Source: a virus (taxonomy: Duplodnaviria > Caudoviricetes). Taken from it: a stretch of 47,224 nucleotides of DNA. The stretch spans positions 1-47,224 of the IMG/VR virus record IMGVR_UViG_3300048852_000046. One strand, given 5' to 3'. This document shows, piece by piece, positions 7,393 through 16,557 of the stretch. Position 1 is the first letter of the stretch; each line of letters opens with the position of its first letter. A program made the translations under genes and the position numbers. Under the pieces are notes generated by a model. It did no database searches and was not told the origin of the DNA. It saw nothing but the letters and a program-made list of their open reading frames with translations.

Positions 7393-8360
7393 CACGCCAT
7401 CCCCTCGACCTGTTTTGCGACGGCCTTCCGATCGGCGTTCTTGCGCCAGTAGAGGAAGCCTGCAATGCCTCCGAACGCGACGAGGATTAGGAGGAGGTTC
7501 TGCCACGGTATGCCGCCGATCGCGGTGAGCACCGAAGCGCCGCCACCAATCACCGACGGGGTGATGACCTCTTTCGATTTCCACCAGGGCGCATCGAGGC
7601 TGGGGGGCGTGACCGGTACCGGGACCGGCTTCTCCTCGGTCACCGGGGCCGCCTTTACCTCCGGCCGTGCAGCCTCGCCCGGCGTGAGCGCCACAAGCGC
7701 CGTATGCATCGCAGCGCGCGTTTTCGGCCCGACATCGCCGTCGACCTGCAGGCGTTGGTCAGCCTGGAACTGAAGGACGTTGTCGGCGCGGTAGCCGAGG
7801 AGGACGAGCGAGATGCGCGCGAGCCGGTCAAACCGGTCGGCCAGGCCGTTCTTGCCGCCGTTGATCTTCTTCGTGATTGTTTCGGCGTCGCCCTCGTCGG
7901 CCCAGCGGTTCAGGTCGCGAGTGTCCCAGTAGAACAGAGGCACCAGGCCTTCCCAAGGATCGGTGTTGACCGTGTCCGGATACTTGACGAAGTCCGGGCA
8001 GTCGAGGCCGGCCGCGCGGCACCAGTTGCGAAACTGGCGATAGTTGTCCTTGCCGGTAAGCTGCATTCCGGTGCGGCCGCGGTAGAGATAGCCGTCCCCG
8101 TCCTTCTCCGGTGTGTTGCCGAGATCGGTGCGAGTGTCGTAGCGCTGCTGTGCCGGCGTCGGACCCCAAATCTCCCGGTCATATCGGAAGTCCCCGCTCT
8201 CGTGCATGAGCTGGGCGAAATACTGCGCGAGCCGGTGCGGACGATCCATGCCGAAGCGGTCGCCGTATCTGTCAAGCGCCACGAGCACGGACGCGAGGTT
8301 GCTCTCGTTCACTTTGCCCTTTGCGGCAGCGCGAACGTGCTGAGCGGTGATGGCGCTCAT
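7392..8360 (-). CDS. Endolysin: GH19 domain + peptidoglycan-binding domain + C-terminal TM segments
   Basis: QLMHESG, YRGRTGMQLTGKDNY, ITKKINGG (GH19); FQ...LQVDGDVGPKT (PG-binding). Confidence 0.9.
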   Translation of the reverse strand: MSAITAQHVRAAAKGKVNESNLASVLVALDRYGDRFGMDRPHRLAQYFAQLMHESGDFRYDREIWGPTPAQQRYDTRTDLGNTPEKDGDGYLYRGRTGMQLTGKDNYRQFRNWCRAAGLDCPDFVKYPDTVNTDPWEGLVPLFYWDTRDLNRWADEGDAETITKKINGGKNGLADRFDRLARISLVLLGYRADNVLQFQADQRLQVDGDVGPKTRAAMHTALVALTPGEAARPEVKAAPVTEEKPVPVPVTPPSLDAPWWKSKEVITPSVIGGGASVLTAIGGIPWQNLLLILVAFGGIAGFLYWRKNADRKAVAKQVEGMA

Positions 8361-8548
8361 TCGTTTCTCCTGATTATGAATGTGGGGTTACGACGGAAGG
8401 GCTAATGGTGTTGAGCAATCGTCCGGCGCTAAGCTTCGGTTAGCCGTTCCGACGGCGGACGGGGCGGTTAGAGGCCTGGCGCCTGCCTCCAGCGACGGGC
8501 CTCGCCCGAGGAGCGCCTGATGCAGGCGGTCGCCCACATCGATGTAGT

Positions 8549-8573
8549 GGAACTAATTCCTAGCGGACCCGTT
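8549..8573 (+). promoter_or_regulatory. RpoE2/EcfG promoter
   Basis: GGAAC-N16-CGTT, a match to the EcfG consensus. Confidence 0.65.
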
Positions 8574-8596
8574 CAGACCGTTTAGCTCGACGAAGA

Positions 8597-8872
8597 ATGC
8601 AAGCGTTCGCTATGGATTCGAAAAAGGCAGGAATGGCCCGGTTGTTTTTGGCAGCCCCGGATCTGCGTGCTAGCGCGTGGATGATGAACAGCCCTGCGCT
8701 TCTGAAGCTCTGCGTGGAGTACGAGCATGCGTGTCTGCGGCGCGACGCCCTTCGATGCTCAGTCGAGAAAGACGACGAGGCCTTGTTTAGATCGGAGGCG
8801 GAGTGCAAGAGCCTGGAAGCTGCTGCAATCGCTTTCATTCGCCAGCAGCGGCAATTTTCCGGATTGAAGTGA
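8597..8872 (+). CDS. Hypothetical protein (start may be 8612)
   Basis: Helical ORF directly after the EcfG-like promoter. Confidence 0.6.
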   Translation: MQAFAMDSKKAGMARLFLAAPDLRASAWMMNSPALLKLCVEYEHACLRRDALRCSVEKDDEALFRSEAECKSLEAAAIAFIRQQRQFSGLK

Positions 8873-8877
8873 CGTTC

Positions 8878-8973
8878 TCAGGGCAGCAGCGCCATGAGAA
8901 GCGACGCAATAAAAGCGACTGCGGCGAGAACTGCAGTCCATTCTATGATTTTCACTCGCTCGATTGGACGCAT
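8878..8973 (-). CDS. Small single-TM peptide (31 aa)
   Basis: AAGGAGGAG RBS; MRPIERVKIIEWTAVLAAVAFIASLLMALLP. Confidence 0.6.
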   Translation of the reverse strand: MRPIERVKIIEWTAVLAAVAFIASLLMALLP

Positions 8974-9006
8974 CGCACTCCTCCTTCGGGGCGCCCCTAC
9001 AACCCA

Positions 9007-9031
9007 AACGCTTCGTAATAGGGATGGTTGC
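9007..9031 (-). promoter_or_regulatory. RpoE2/EcfG-like promoter
   Basis: GCAAC-N16-CGTT on the minus strand, ~35 nt before the small peptide start. Confidence 0.45.
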
Positions 9032-9422
9032 AGCGGCTCCCTCATCCACGAACATGAGTTCGAGAGCGACCGGAAGAGCTTCCCGGGCCATGGAGTTTTC
9101 CTTTTTTTAGGAGATTGGGGCCAACATCCGAAAGGCGGCATGACGCCGTTCGGAGGGGCTGATGGGCTACGATTGGACCGGCAAGCGAACGCGCCAGATG
9201 AAGATTTTGCGCGGGTGCGCTATCGTCGTGTTTGCGGGCTCGGCGTCCGCTTTCTTGGCGGCCGCACTTCTACAGTGATCCACTGGCTACGAATCTAGCC
9301 CAGCAGAAGGCCTCTTCTCTCTCGACGAAAGAGAGGCCCAGCGTCTGAGCGTTCGAATTCACAGACATTGCAATCTGTCAGCTGATCGGTCGTCTCTTGC
9401 AAGATGCAGGCGGCGCTGTTTT

Positions 9423-12400
9423 TTACCCAACCTCAGATAGTTGGTCCGCATCGTCAACAAACTCAACGAGCTGACGCCGAAGCGCAGAGACCAAGGACTT
9501 CTTATCCCCTCGCACGTCGCCCTCGATGTGGATCATGCTGTTGTGCCAAATATCAACCAGGCTGTCTTCGCGGACCTTCCGGCCGTCCAGCTCAACCGTA
9601 TTCGACAGTAGCCAGGTGGGCACTCCGCATGCGCCAGCAAGCTCGGCAACGGTAGTAGCCGGCGCTACAACGAGATCAAGTTTGGACATTAGAGCCGCCA
9701 CGCCATCGATATCGTCGAACTGATCAAGGTCGGGGAAGTTGATCAGTTTGCCAGGGAACCGATCTTCCACCCAGGCCAGCTCTTCGCTGCACTCGTCGTA
9801 TTGTAGGTTGACGAACTGCACCCCTTCGATCTCGAAAATGGGCGCCAACTCCTCGATGGTTAGATAGTGCAGGTTCCGCGAGAACGTCGAAACGCTGCTG
9901 CGCCAATTGATGCCAATGAGCAAGCGGCCCTGCGGGAGACTCCGTCTGAAACCTTCCGCGCGGACTGCGTCTACCACCAGATACTTCTCACCGTGGAAGT
10001 CCGGATAATCGCGGCGGTACTTAGCCAACAGATCGACCGCGAGGATTGCGCGGTCGCTTTTCAGCAGATGCTCATGCCCGACGTTGTCAAGGATATAGCG
10101 CAAATCATATGCCGGCAGTTGCGAATAGAGATTGATATCCCGCAACACGCCATGCCGAAGGACGCGCGCCACCGGCACGAAATCCAGATCGGGGAACGAC
10201 CTTTCCATGATCGATCGTAGCCGAGGATCACAGGCGATCGAGAAGCGCCCGAAATCCGAATCTTTGGCAATGTCTGAATAGATTTGTGCCGCACGGATTT
10301 CGTCACCAGGGCCAAATACGCTCAGGAAGAAGACGTTTTCTGAACGGAAATCGCCATCAACGATCTCAGGGTCGGTGTACTGTTGCGGATAATTCTTTCG
10401 AACATCCCTATGAGGCGAGATATCCCGCTGCGACAGCATCGCCTCGTGAATCCTCCTCGCTCCGTTCAGGATCTTTCGAAGAGACATTTCGCCGACGTCA
10501 AGTTTTCTCTCGTTCGCGGCATCGATTAGCTCTTCGCCCCATGCGATATCGCTGGCTAAGACCGCGACCCTCATAGCTTCTCGGTAGGCGTTAACGTGTT
10601 CGTAATTTCCAATGGCGCGGAGGCAAATCTCTCGCGCTTTCTCAAACTCGCCCAAATAGGAATAGGCTTGGCTCAGCGCCACCAGCAAAGGCAAGCTTTC
10701 ACCTTTCTTCTCAATCAATTCTAGAATGATCGGAAGAGCTCTCTCGGGGCGCTCGAGAATAATCCAGGCGGTAGCCTTTTCCAACGTCACGTCGTTGTCC
10801 AAAGACATCATCGAGAAGAAGATCTTTTCAAAACTTTCAACGCCGCATTGTTCCTCAAGGCGCTCCGCCAGCATCATCGTATTCCCGAGGCTCTCTGGTG
10901 AGGCGACAGCTGACCCCATCGTCGCCCACAGAAACTTCTCGCGGTCAAACGGCTCGACGAACCGAATGTCCTCCGCAATCCGGCTCAGGTTTCTTCCCTT
11001 GTTCCTGAGAGCGCCGGCCTTAAAGTCAAATTCGGCGAGCAGCACTGCAGACGAGAATTCGAACCTCAGGTTTGCTGCTCCGATTAGAAGTTGAATGGCC
11101 TCTTCCTGATACTTGTTGCTGCTGAGCAACTCGTAACACCCGTCAATGACTTCATTCAGCCTGCGCGTGCGGAAAGAGAACTGCAGGAGTGCCAGCAGGG
11201 CGGAGGCTTCATCATCGCTCATGCGGTTCGATTTAGGCTCCTGCTCACCATCCTCGGACTGCGCTGCTTGGCTAAATGCCAGCCCCTGCTTCAGGAGGTC
11301 GTATGCATCCTGATCAACCTCATTTTCTTCGAGGTGCCAGGAGAAATGCTGCAACAACTTGTCGCTGCACTCCCTCACCCACCGCATATTGAGGACAAAT
11401 GCGAACACTTCACTCGGAACCACAACGCGCACTCGTCGCAGGAACTCCGAGACCTGATCCAAATTGGCCAGCAGGCCGACAATGCGGCAAATGAAGGCGA
11501 TCTGAAAAACCCTCGCCGAGTTATCGGCTAGGATGACGTGAAGGTTTAGATTTCGCATAACGACGAGGATGTCCCGCGCGGACAGTTGCGGCAGTACCCC
11601 ATGACTCAAGGTCATCGCCCAATCGCTCGACTTGGCCACCTTCCTCAGAAGATTTTCCCTGTCCCTTTGCGCCTTCGGGACAACCAGCGGCGCGCGGCGT
11701 AATTGACGCTCGCCGATGATTTTCATACAGGCAGCCGTTAATCCTTCGTCGCTGTCGGAGCTAGCCAGATACTTCGCATAGAGGAGGTAGGTTCCTGCGA
11801 AGAGCTGCAGCGAAGTCAGCTTGGCCCGGCGACGCTGATAAACCTTCCCAGCTCGCTGCTGTGAGCATCTGTCGTCGGTGAGGCCCCACCCCGCGTAGAA
11901 GGGCAGCCCTACCGTGGTTACCGGAATGTCGCGCATGACCGCCTCCATACCTACTAGGGAGGAAATCGTGTAGACGCGCTTCACCGACTTCATCAGATCT
12001 ACAAGACCCATCGACGGCGGCGCGACGGTCGCCATCTTGGATATTTTCCGGTCGTTCTCTTTGTATCGACCCGGCTTATTGTAGACGTCTGGATGAGGGC
12101 GATAGATGATGTCGCAGCCCGGATTTTCGCTTCTCGCCAAGGCAACCAACGATTCGGATGTCCACCCATCCGGGTTGCCGTAGACCATCGAGGCATCCCC
12201 AGGCACTTGACCGATAACAAGCACAACCTTTCTGCTACGAATTGAAGGGAACTCCTCGGCCGCCCCACGCAAGCCGTTGTACTTGGTCAGGTTCGATTCA
12301 AGAATAAAATCGCGATGCTTCCTTGCCCGCCGCAGGAACTCCGGATCACGGAGCCGCGGATCGGAATTCAGTATATCCTCCAACTCGGACGGTTCGCGAG

Positions 12401-12935
12401 GGTTGAAGTATAGCCCCTTGCTGTCGACGACCAGCGAGTACGGCGTGGAATGGTTCGCGCCTAGTTCAACTGATCTGATAAAGCCATCTTCCATCCGGTA
12501 GACATTATACCCGAGCCTTCTGGCCAGGCTTGTCACCGCGGGGGTCACGTCGTTGTACCCCCAAATCATCAGATCCCGCGATAAATTCCGGCAATCCCAA
12601 AGCAATTTCGCTGCGCTTGCTGGATTTATTTTCCTTGGAAGGTACGCAGTCCGGAACCCGGTCATGTAGTCGCTGACGAACCCCAACTTCCAATGATTGA
12701 AGCCCATCATCAACATGATCGGAAGGCCGTCAGTTCCTTGGCCGACTTCCCAATTCTTGCCGACGCAGCTTGTTCGACTCAGGGCATTGTCATCAGCAAA
12801 AATCTCATCGTGAGGCACAACCCTGTAGGGATACGCCAGCGCGGCTTTCTTTGGTGCAGTTTTTTTCGAAACTTGCTCCGTGACCTTTGAGAGATCCTTG
12901 GCAATGGCTGCAACGTGTGAGAAAACCGCTGGCAT
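9423..12935 (-). CDS. KpsC/LipA-like capsule glycosyltransferase fused to TPR-like repeats and a GT9-like domain
   Basis: EDGFIRS, VDSKGLYFN, GQVPGDAS, RPHPD, TISSLVGMEA, PFYAGWGLTDD (KpsC family); GPGDEI, GINWRS, FVNLQY, AALMSKLDLVV...LAGACGVPTW (GT9-like). Confidence 0.85.
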   Translation of the reverse strand: MPAVFSHVAAIAKDLSKVTEQVSKKTAPKKAALAYPYRVVPHDEIFADDNALSRTSCVGKNWEVGQGTDGLPIMLMMGFNHWKLGFVSDYMTGFRTAYLPRKINPASAAKLLWDCRNLSRDLMIWGYNDVTPAVTSLARRLGYNVYRMEDGFIRSVELGANHSTPYSLVVDSKGLYFNPREPSELEDILNSDPRLRDPEFLRRARKHRDFILESNLTKYNGLRGAAEEFPSIRSRKVVLVIGQVPGDASMVYGNPDGWTSESLVALARSENPGCDIIYRPHPDVYNKPGRYKENDRKISKMATVAPPSMGLVDLMKSVKRVYTISSLVGMEAVMRDIPVTTVGLPFYAGWGLTDDRCSQQRAGKVYQRRRAKLTSLQLFAGTYLLYAKYLASSDSDEGLTAACMKIIGERQLRRAPLVVPKAQRDRENLLRKVAKSSDWAMTLSHGVLPQLSARDILVVMRNLNLHVILADNSARVFQIAFICRIVGLLANLDQVSEFLRRVRVVVPSEVFAFVLNMRWVRECSDKLLQHFSWHLEENEVDQDAYDLLKQGLAFSQAAQSEDGEQEPKSNRMSDDEASALLALLQFSFRTRRLNEVIDGCYELLSSNKYQEEAIQLLIGAANLRFEFSSAVLLAEFDFKAGALRNKGRNLSRIAEDIRFVEPFDREKFLWATMGSAVASPESLGNTMMLAERLEEQCGVESFEKIFFSMMSLDNDVTLEKATAWIILERPERALPIILELIEKKGESLPLLVALSQAYSYLGEFEKAREICLRAIGNYEHVNAYREAMRVAVLASDIAWGEELIDAANERKLDVGEMSLRKILNGARRIHEAMLSQRDISPHRDVRKNYPQQYTDPEIVDGDFRSENVFFLSVFGPGDEIRAAQIYSDIAKDSDFGRFSIACDPRLRSIMERSFPDLDFVPVARVLRHGVLRDINLYSQLPAYDLRYILDNVGHEHLLKSDRAILAVDLLAKYRRDYPDFHGEKYLVVDAVRAEGFRRSLPQGRLLIGINWRSSVSTFSRNLHYLTIEELAPIFEIEGVQFVNLQYDECSEELAWVEDRFPGKLINFPDLDQFDDIDGVAALMSKLDLVVAPATTVAELAGACGVPTWLLSNTVELDGRKVREDSLVDIWHNSMIHIEGDVRGDKKSLVSALRRQLVEFVDDADQLSEVG

Positions 12936-12972
12936 TTCAATCCCGGACGCTTGAAAGTTTTAGGAATGCCGG

Positions 12973-13001
12973 GTTTAAACAAGGATAGTCTTCTTTGTCA
13001 A
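12973..13001 (-). promoter_or_regulatory. Putative sigma70 promoter of the KpsC-like gene
   Basis: TTGACA-N17-TTAAAC on the minus strand. Confidence 0.35.
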
Positions 13002-13297
13002 ACGCCAGATATAGGCGCGCGCCACATACAACGACTGCGAGAATCGGCCCGATACGGTATTCGCGGTGGCAGCCTCCATTTGAGGAGGACGAGGGGGTCG
13101 ACGTGATCGATGCTCTTGATAGCTATCGCAACGACGCTCGATGGGATGAGATCACAGAGGACTGCGCGCCGCTGGTCGGTGGAGGCGCTAGCTTGGAAGA
13201 GGCGCCTACCGGTTTTTCCACCGGCGAATACGAGCACACGTATGGCGAATGGGACGACATCGACGACAGCTTGGAAAGAGTGAGCCGGAATTCCTGA
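12995..13297 (+). CDS. Small acidic hypothetical protein (start uncertain)
   Basis: Asp/Glu-rich C-terminal two-thirds; hairpin downstream at ~13310-13336. Confidence 0.4.
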   Translation: MSNARYRRAPHTTTARIGPIRYSRWQPPFEEDEGVDVIDALDSYRNDARWDEITEDCAPLVGGGASLEEAPTGFSTGEYEHTYGEWDDIDDSLERVSRNS

Positions 13298-13539
13298 TAG
13301 AAGCGGACGCCATGAGCATCTTTTTTTGTTCATGGGGCGTGGCAGTTTTTCAGCGCCCTAACGCCTCGGCGGCATGCGCCGCTTTGCCCTGGACGGCGCA
13401 TCCTCAAAGACGCCATGGCTGCCCGTTCATTTGCAGCCGGCGACGACTTACGGGTATCGGTGATTGTGCTCAGCCCGATCTTTTCCACTTTACCGGTCTT
13501 ACCGTAGGTCGACTGGTATGACTGACGCTGGCGCCCGCT

Positions 13540-15669
13540 TTAATTTAGCGGCTTCCAGACCCACGCCGTCACCGCGTGAGAGGGCAGATCGACAGCCCAA
13601 CCGGTTGGGTTGAAGTAGGTTACTGTGACGGTGTTGTTGGAACTCACATAAGCCGACATGACCAAGCCGTTTTGGTCCGAGTTGACGAACGCCTCCGCCC
13701 GATCCCCAAGCCGAGCGCCGGTTACGGTTACCGTTGTACTTACCGATAGCCCAGCCGCTATATTTGTTGGCTTGCACTTCGTCGATCCAGCTAGCTTTCC
13801 ATCTCTTGAAATCGCAGCATTGAAGTTTGAAACGCCGGCGAAATCTGGAGAGTCATTTATGTGAATTGCGTCGACATCGACGGAGGAGGAGCCCACCCAA
13901 AAATCGTAATTGCCTGCGACGAGCGGTGTTTGGCGAACTATGTTATTGAGGATCAATGCTTTCCTACCGAGGGTGGCACCTGCCAACTGGAAGGTATGAA
14001 CCGTTTGCCCGACTTCGGGAGCAACAATCATATCCTGACCTCTTACGACCACGGTTCCGGTTAGATAGATCAGCGCATCACTACCGTCTCCAAAGTAGCC
14101 CGAGAGCCGGAGACGAACATTTTTGGCATATACGCCATACCGGGCTTTTGCCTCTGCAGGTTGCCGGTCGACGATGGCCGCCCCTTCGACCGCAACAGAA
14201 ATCGGTTTGTTGGCGTCTTTCCCGAGAATGCGGATCCCAATCCTGTCCTGGTGGGTCGGATCGAACGACTTCATCCAGCAGTTCCGAACAAAGTTGTTGG
14301 CAAGCGCTAGATCGTTGGTCTTCAGCCAACTTCCTCTAGCCCCATCACCGACGACGTCGCCTTCGAATGAAATGCAAATATTCACTTTCTCAAACGTATT
14401 GTTCTCAAAAAGAGCATTGGACGATGATGCGCGAATGCCGACATTCGAAACGTCCTTGAAGGAACAATTGCGAACCACGAACTGGTTGAATCGATAAGAG
14501 GATGCTTCATTGAAATCCAGCGCGCTGCTGTCGTTCACGTTCTCGAACTCGCAGGTTTCTATCAGCCCTCCGGAGGACTCCCAATTGAGTGCTGACTTAG
14601 TGAAAAATTGAAACCGGCTGTTCTTAATCGCACTCGTCGGGTGGCAATTGAGAACGTTCAAAGCGGAGCCCGACCACCTGGTCGACAGATTGCTATCGCG
14701 GGCCTTGGTAGCGAAGAGATTGTCGATACGAACTCTCGTCCTCTCGTCATCGGACTGAACTTGAATCATCTCACCAGGACAAGAACGGATCTCTAGGTCG
14801 TTGATCCACAACTCATCCGCATTGTAGACAAGGATTTCCATGTTCCTCGCATCGAGCAGATGGGTTGGAACGCCAATGCCACTGCCCGCACTATAAATCC
14901 GGTTCGATCCTCTGGTGACCGTGACGCTCTCGATTTCAATGATACAACGGCCGGGGGTCGACCCGCCCTGAAAGTCGACCATTGGCACGCCGCCCTTCAT
15001 TTGAAATGCCGGATCAGATTGACCGTTGATCGTCATATTTTTGAGTTTCACGGAAGGCGCGTCAGCAGCCACAGAATGGAAGATGTTCCTCGTCCAGTAG
15101 ATAGGAGTTCCATCGCCGGAGTGCCTGCCCCAGGGTCCAAAGTCTCCCAGTACTGTCGCTCCGCCAAGATCGATTACTGTGTTAGTTGTGATGCCAAGCT
15201 GAACAATCTTGAATTGCTTAGTGGCATCGTTGCAGACGATGCGATTCAGACCAAGGAAATGTGAGAGCGAGATGGCGGCTGCAAACGCTGGTGTCGCGTC
15301 GGAACCATCGCCCAAAGCCCCAAACCAGGAGACGTCCAGTTCGTCACAGACTCGAACCAAGGCGCATTCTGTCGCAGCAGTAGAATCGATTTTAATGAAT
15401 ACTCCTTCGAGAGTGTCCGCCGCGATGTGTGAGGAGTAGTTGCCACGCCGCAACTGGAATATCCCTTCCCTGCCCGGTTCGGTAAGAATAACCGTTGAAT
15501 CCTTCACAAAATCAGCGGACTTCATAGCGCCTCTGGTGGGGAATTGAAGCGTGTTGCCACCAGCTGGGCGACTGAGGGACGAAGCTTCGCTCGTACGCTT
15601 AGACCCCACGGAAATTGCCGCTACAGCCCCTACAAATTTGAGAAAATTGCGGCGTATTAGATCAGTCAT
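13540..15669 (-). CDS. Tat-signal, tailspike-like parallel beta-helix protein
   Basis: IRRNFLKF + hydrophobic stretch + SEA; VSWFGALGDGSDATPAF (pectate_lyase_3-like start); beta-helix repeats; C-terminal VTVTGARLGD...AYVSSNNTVTV domain. Confidence 0.8.
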   Translation of the reverse strand: MTDLIRRNFLKFVGAVAAISVGSKRTSEASSLSRPAGGNTLQFPTRGAMKSADFVKDSTVILTEPGREGIFQLRRGNYSSHIAADTLEGVFIKIDSTAATECALVRVCDELDVSWFGALGDGSDATPAFAAAISLSHFLGLNRIVCNDATKQFKIVQLGITTNTVIDLGGATVLGDFGPWGRHSGDGTPIYWTRNIFHSVAADAPSVKLKNMTINGQSDPAFQMKGGVPMVDFQGGSTPGRCIIEIESVTVTRGSNRIYSAGSGIGVPTHLLDARNMEILVYNADELWINDLEIRSCPGEMIQVQSDDERTRVRIDNLFATKARDSNLSTRWSGSALNVLNCHPTSAIKNSRFQFFTKSALNWESSGGLIETCEFENVNDSSALDFNEASSYRFNQFVVRNCSFKDVSNVGIRASSSNALFENNTFEKVNICISFEGDVVGDGARGSWLKTNDLALANNFVRNCWMKSFDPTHQDRIGIRILGKDANKPISVAVEGAAIVDRQPAEAKARYGVYAKNVRLRLSGYFGDGSDALIYLTGTVVVRGQDMIVAPEVGQTVHTFQLAGATLGRKALILNNIVRQTPLVAGNYDFWVGSSSVDVDAIHINDSPDFAGVSNFNAAISRDGKLAGSTKCKPTNIAAGLSVSTTVTVTGARLGDRAEAFVNSDQNGLVMSAYVSSNNTVTVTYFNPTGWAVDLPSHAVTAWVWKPLN

Positions 15670-15835
15670 TGGTTGCCCATAGCGCTCATGCGACTAGCTT
15701 AAAGAAAGTGGCCCCTGACTGGGAGGACTTTGTTTTCATTCGTCAGCTAACCGCGGGTCAGCACCGCAAGACAGCGTGCAGAGGACCCACGTCTACGGCC
15801 TTGCGGCTCGCAGGCAGGTCAAAGAGAGGAGCAAC

Positions 15836-16474
15836 TCACTGCACTCTCGGGCCAAAAACCCGACAGACGTAAGATCTCGGCAGCCCAGGCACCGGCCAAA
15901 GCTTTTCGATCTCAGGTCGCTTATGGAGCTGGAATATGCGTTTGTAGTTGCGCGGGAAATGTCGAGGGGATTGGCCGTTAGATGCCTCATACTCGAATAT
16001 AATGATCTTCTTTTTCGCGCGCTTTGCTATTTCCTTCAACACCCACTCACTCTCTTGCGGTAGGTGAACGAGCATCGCCATGGTGAATATGACATCGTGC
16101 CGCGTTTTAGGAACGGTCTTAATGACGTCCTCGATGGAGCCGATCGTTATGTTGGCGCCCTTGTAGACCGTGGGCAGGAAGTGCTTCATAACGTCGACTG
16201 CTGGCTGGCTGATCTCAACAGCCGAGAGCCGATGAAATCCGGCGCGCCACAAGGTGTGGAGGTTTCTCCCGGCATTGCAGCCTATCTCGAGGATAGAATC
16301 AGACCGATCGACGTGTCTCTCAAAGACGGAGAGCAGAGAGGCATTGCGTAACCGGTGCATCTCACTGTCCAGTAAATATTCCAACGGCGAGTTCATGCCA
16401 TCGTTGGGATGCTCCCAGTAAGCATGCGCCTCAGACAGCGTAAGCTTCTTTCCAATATTCTCTTCTGATCCCAT
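15836..16474 (-). CDS. Class I SAM-dependent methyltransferase
   Basis: ILEIGCNAGRNL motif I, AVEIS, DVIFTMAMLVH. Confidence 0.88.
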   Translation of the reverse strand: MGSEENIGKKLTLSEAHAYWEHPNDGMNSPLEYLLDSEMHRLRNASLLSVFERHVDRSDSILEIGCNAGRNLHTLWRAGFHRLSAVEISQPAVDVMKHFLPTVYKGANITIGSIEDVIKTVPKTRHDVIFTMAMLVHLPQESEWVLKEIAKRAKKKIIIFEYEASNGQSPRHFPRNYKRIFQLHKRPEIEKLWPVPGLPRSYVCRVFGPRVQ

Positions 16475-16557
16475 TCGGTGAGCCTATCCCCCCTTTTAGG
16501 CATGAACGAGCCTCTGCCCCGATTGACCCAAGTTGCGGCTGACAGCCACTTGCCGGC

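Noticed and set aside
9361-9378. ACAGA-N8-TCTGT as a LuxR-type box
   Set aside because: Only 5-bp arms and no clear associated promoter or regulator
15836-16474. DNA methyltransferase / restriction-modification
   Set aside because: Lacks DNA-MTase catalytic motifs and a nuclease partner
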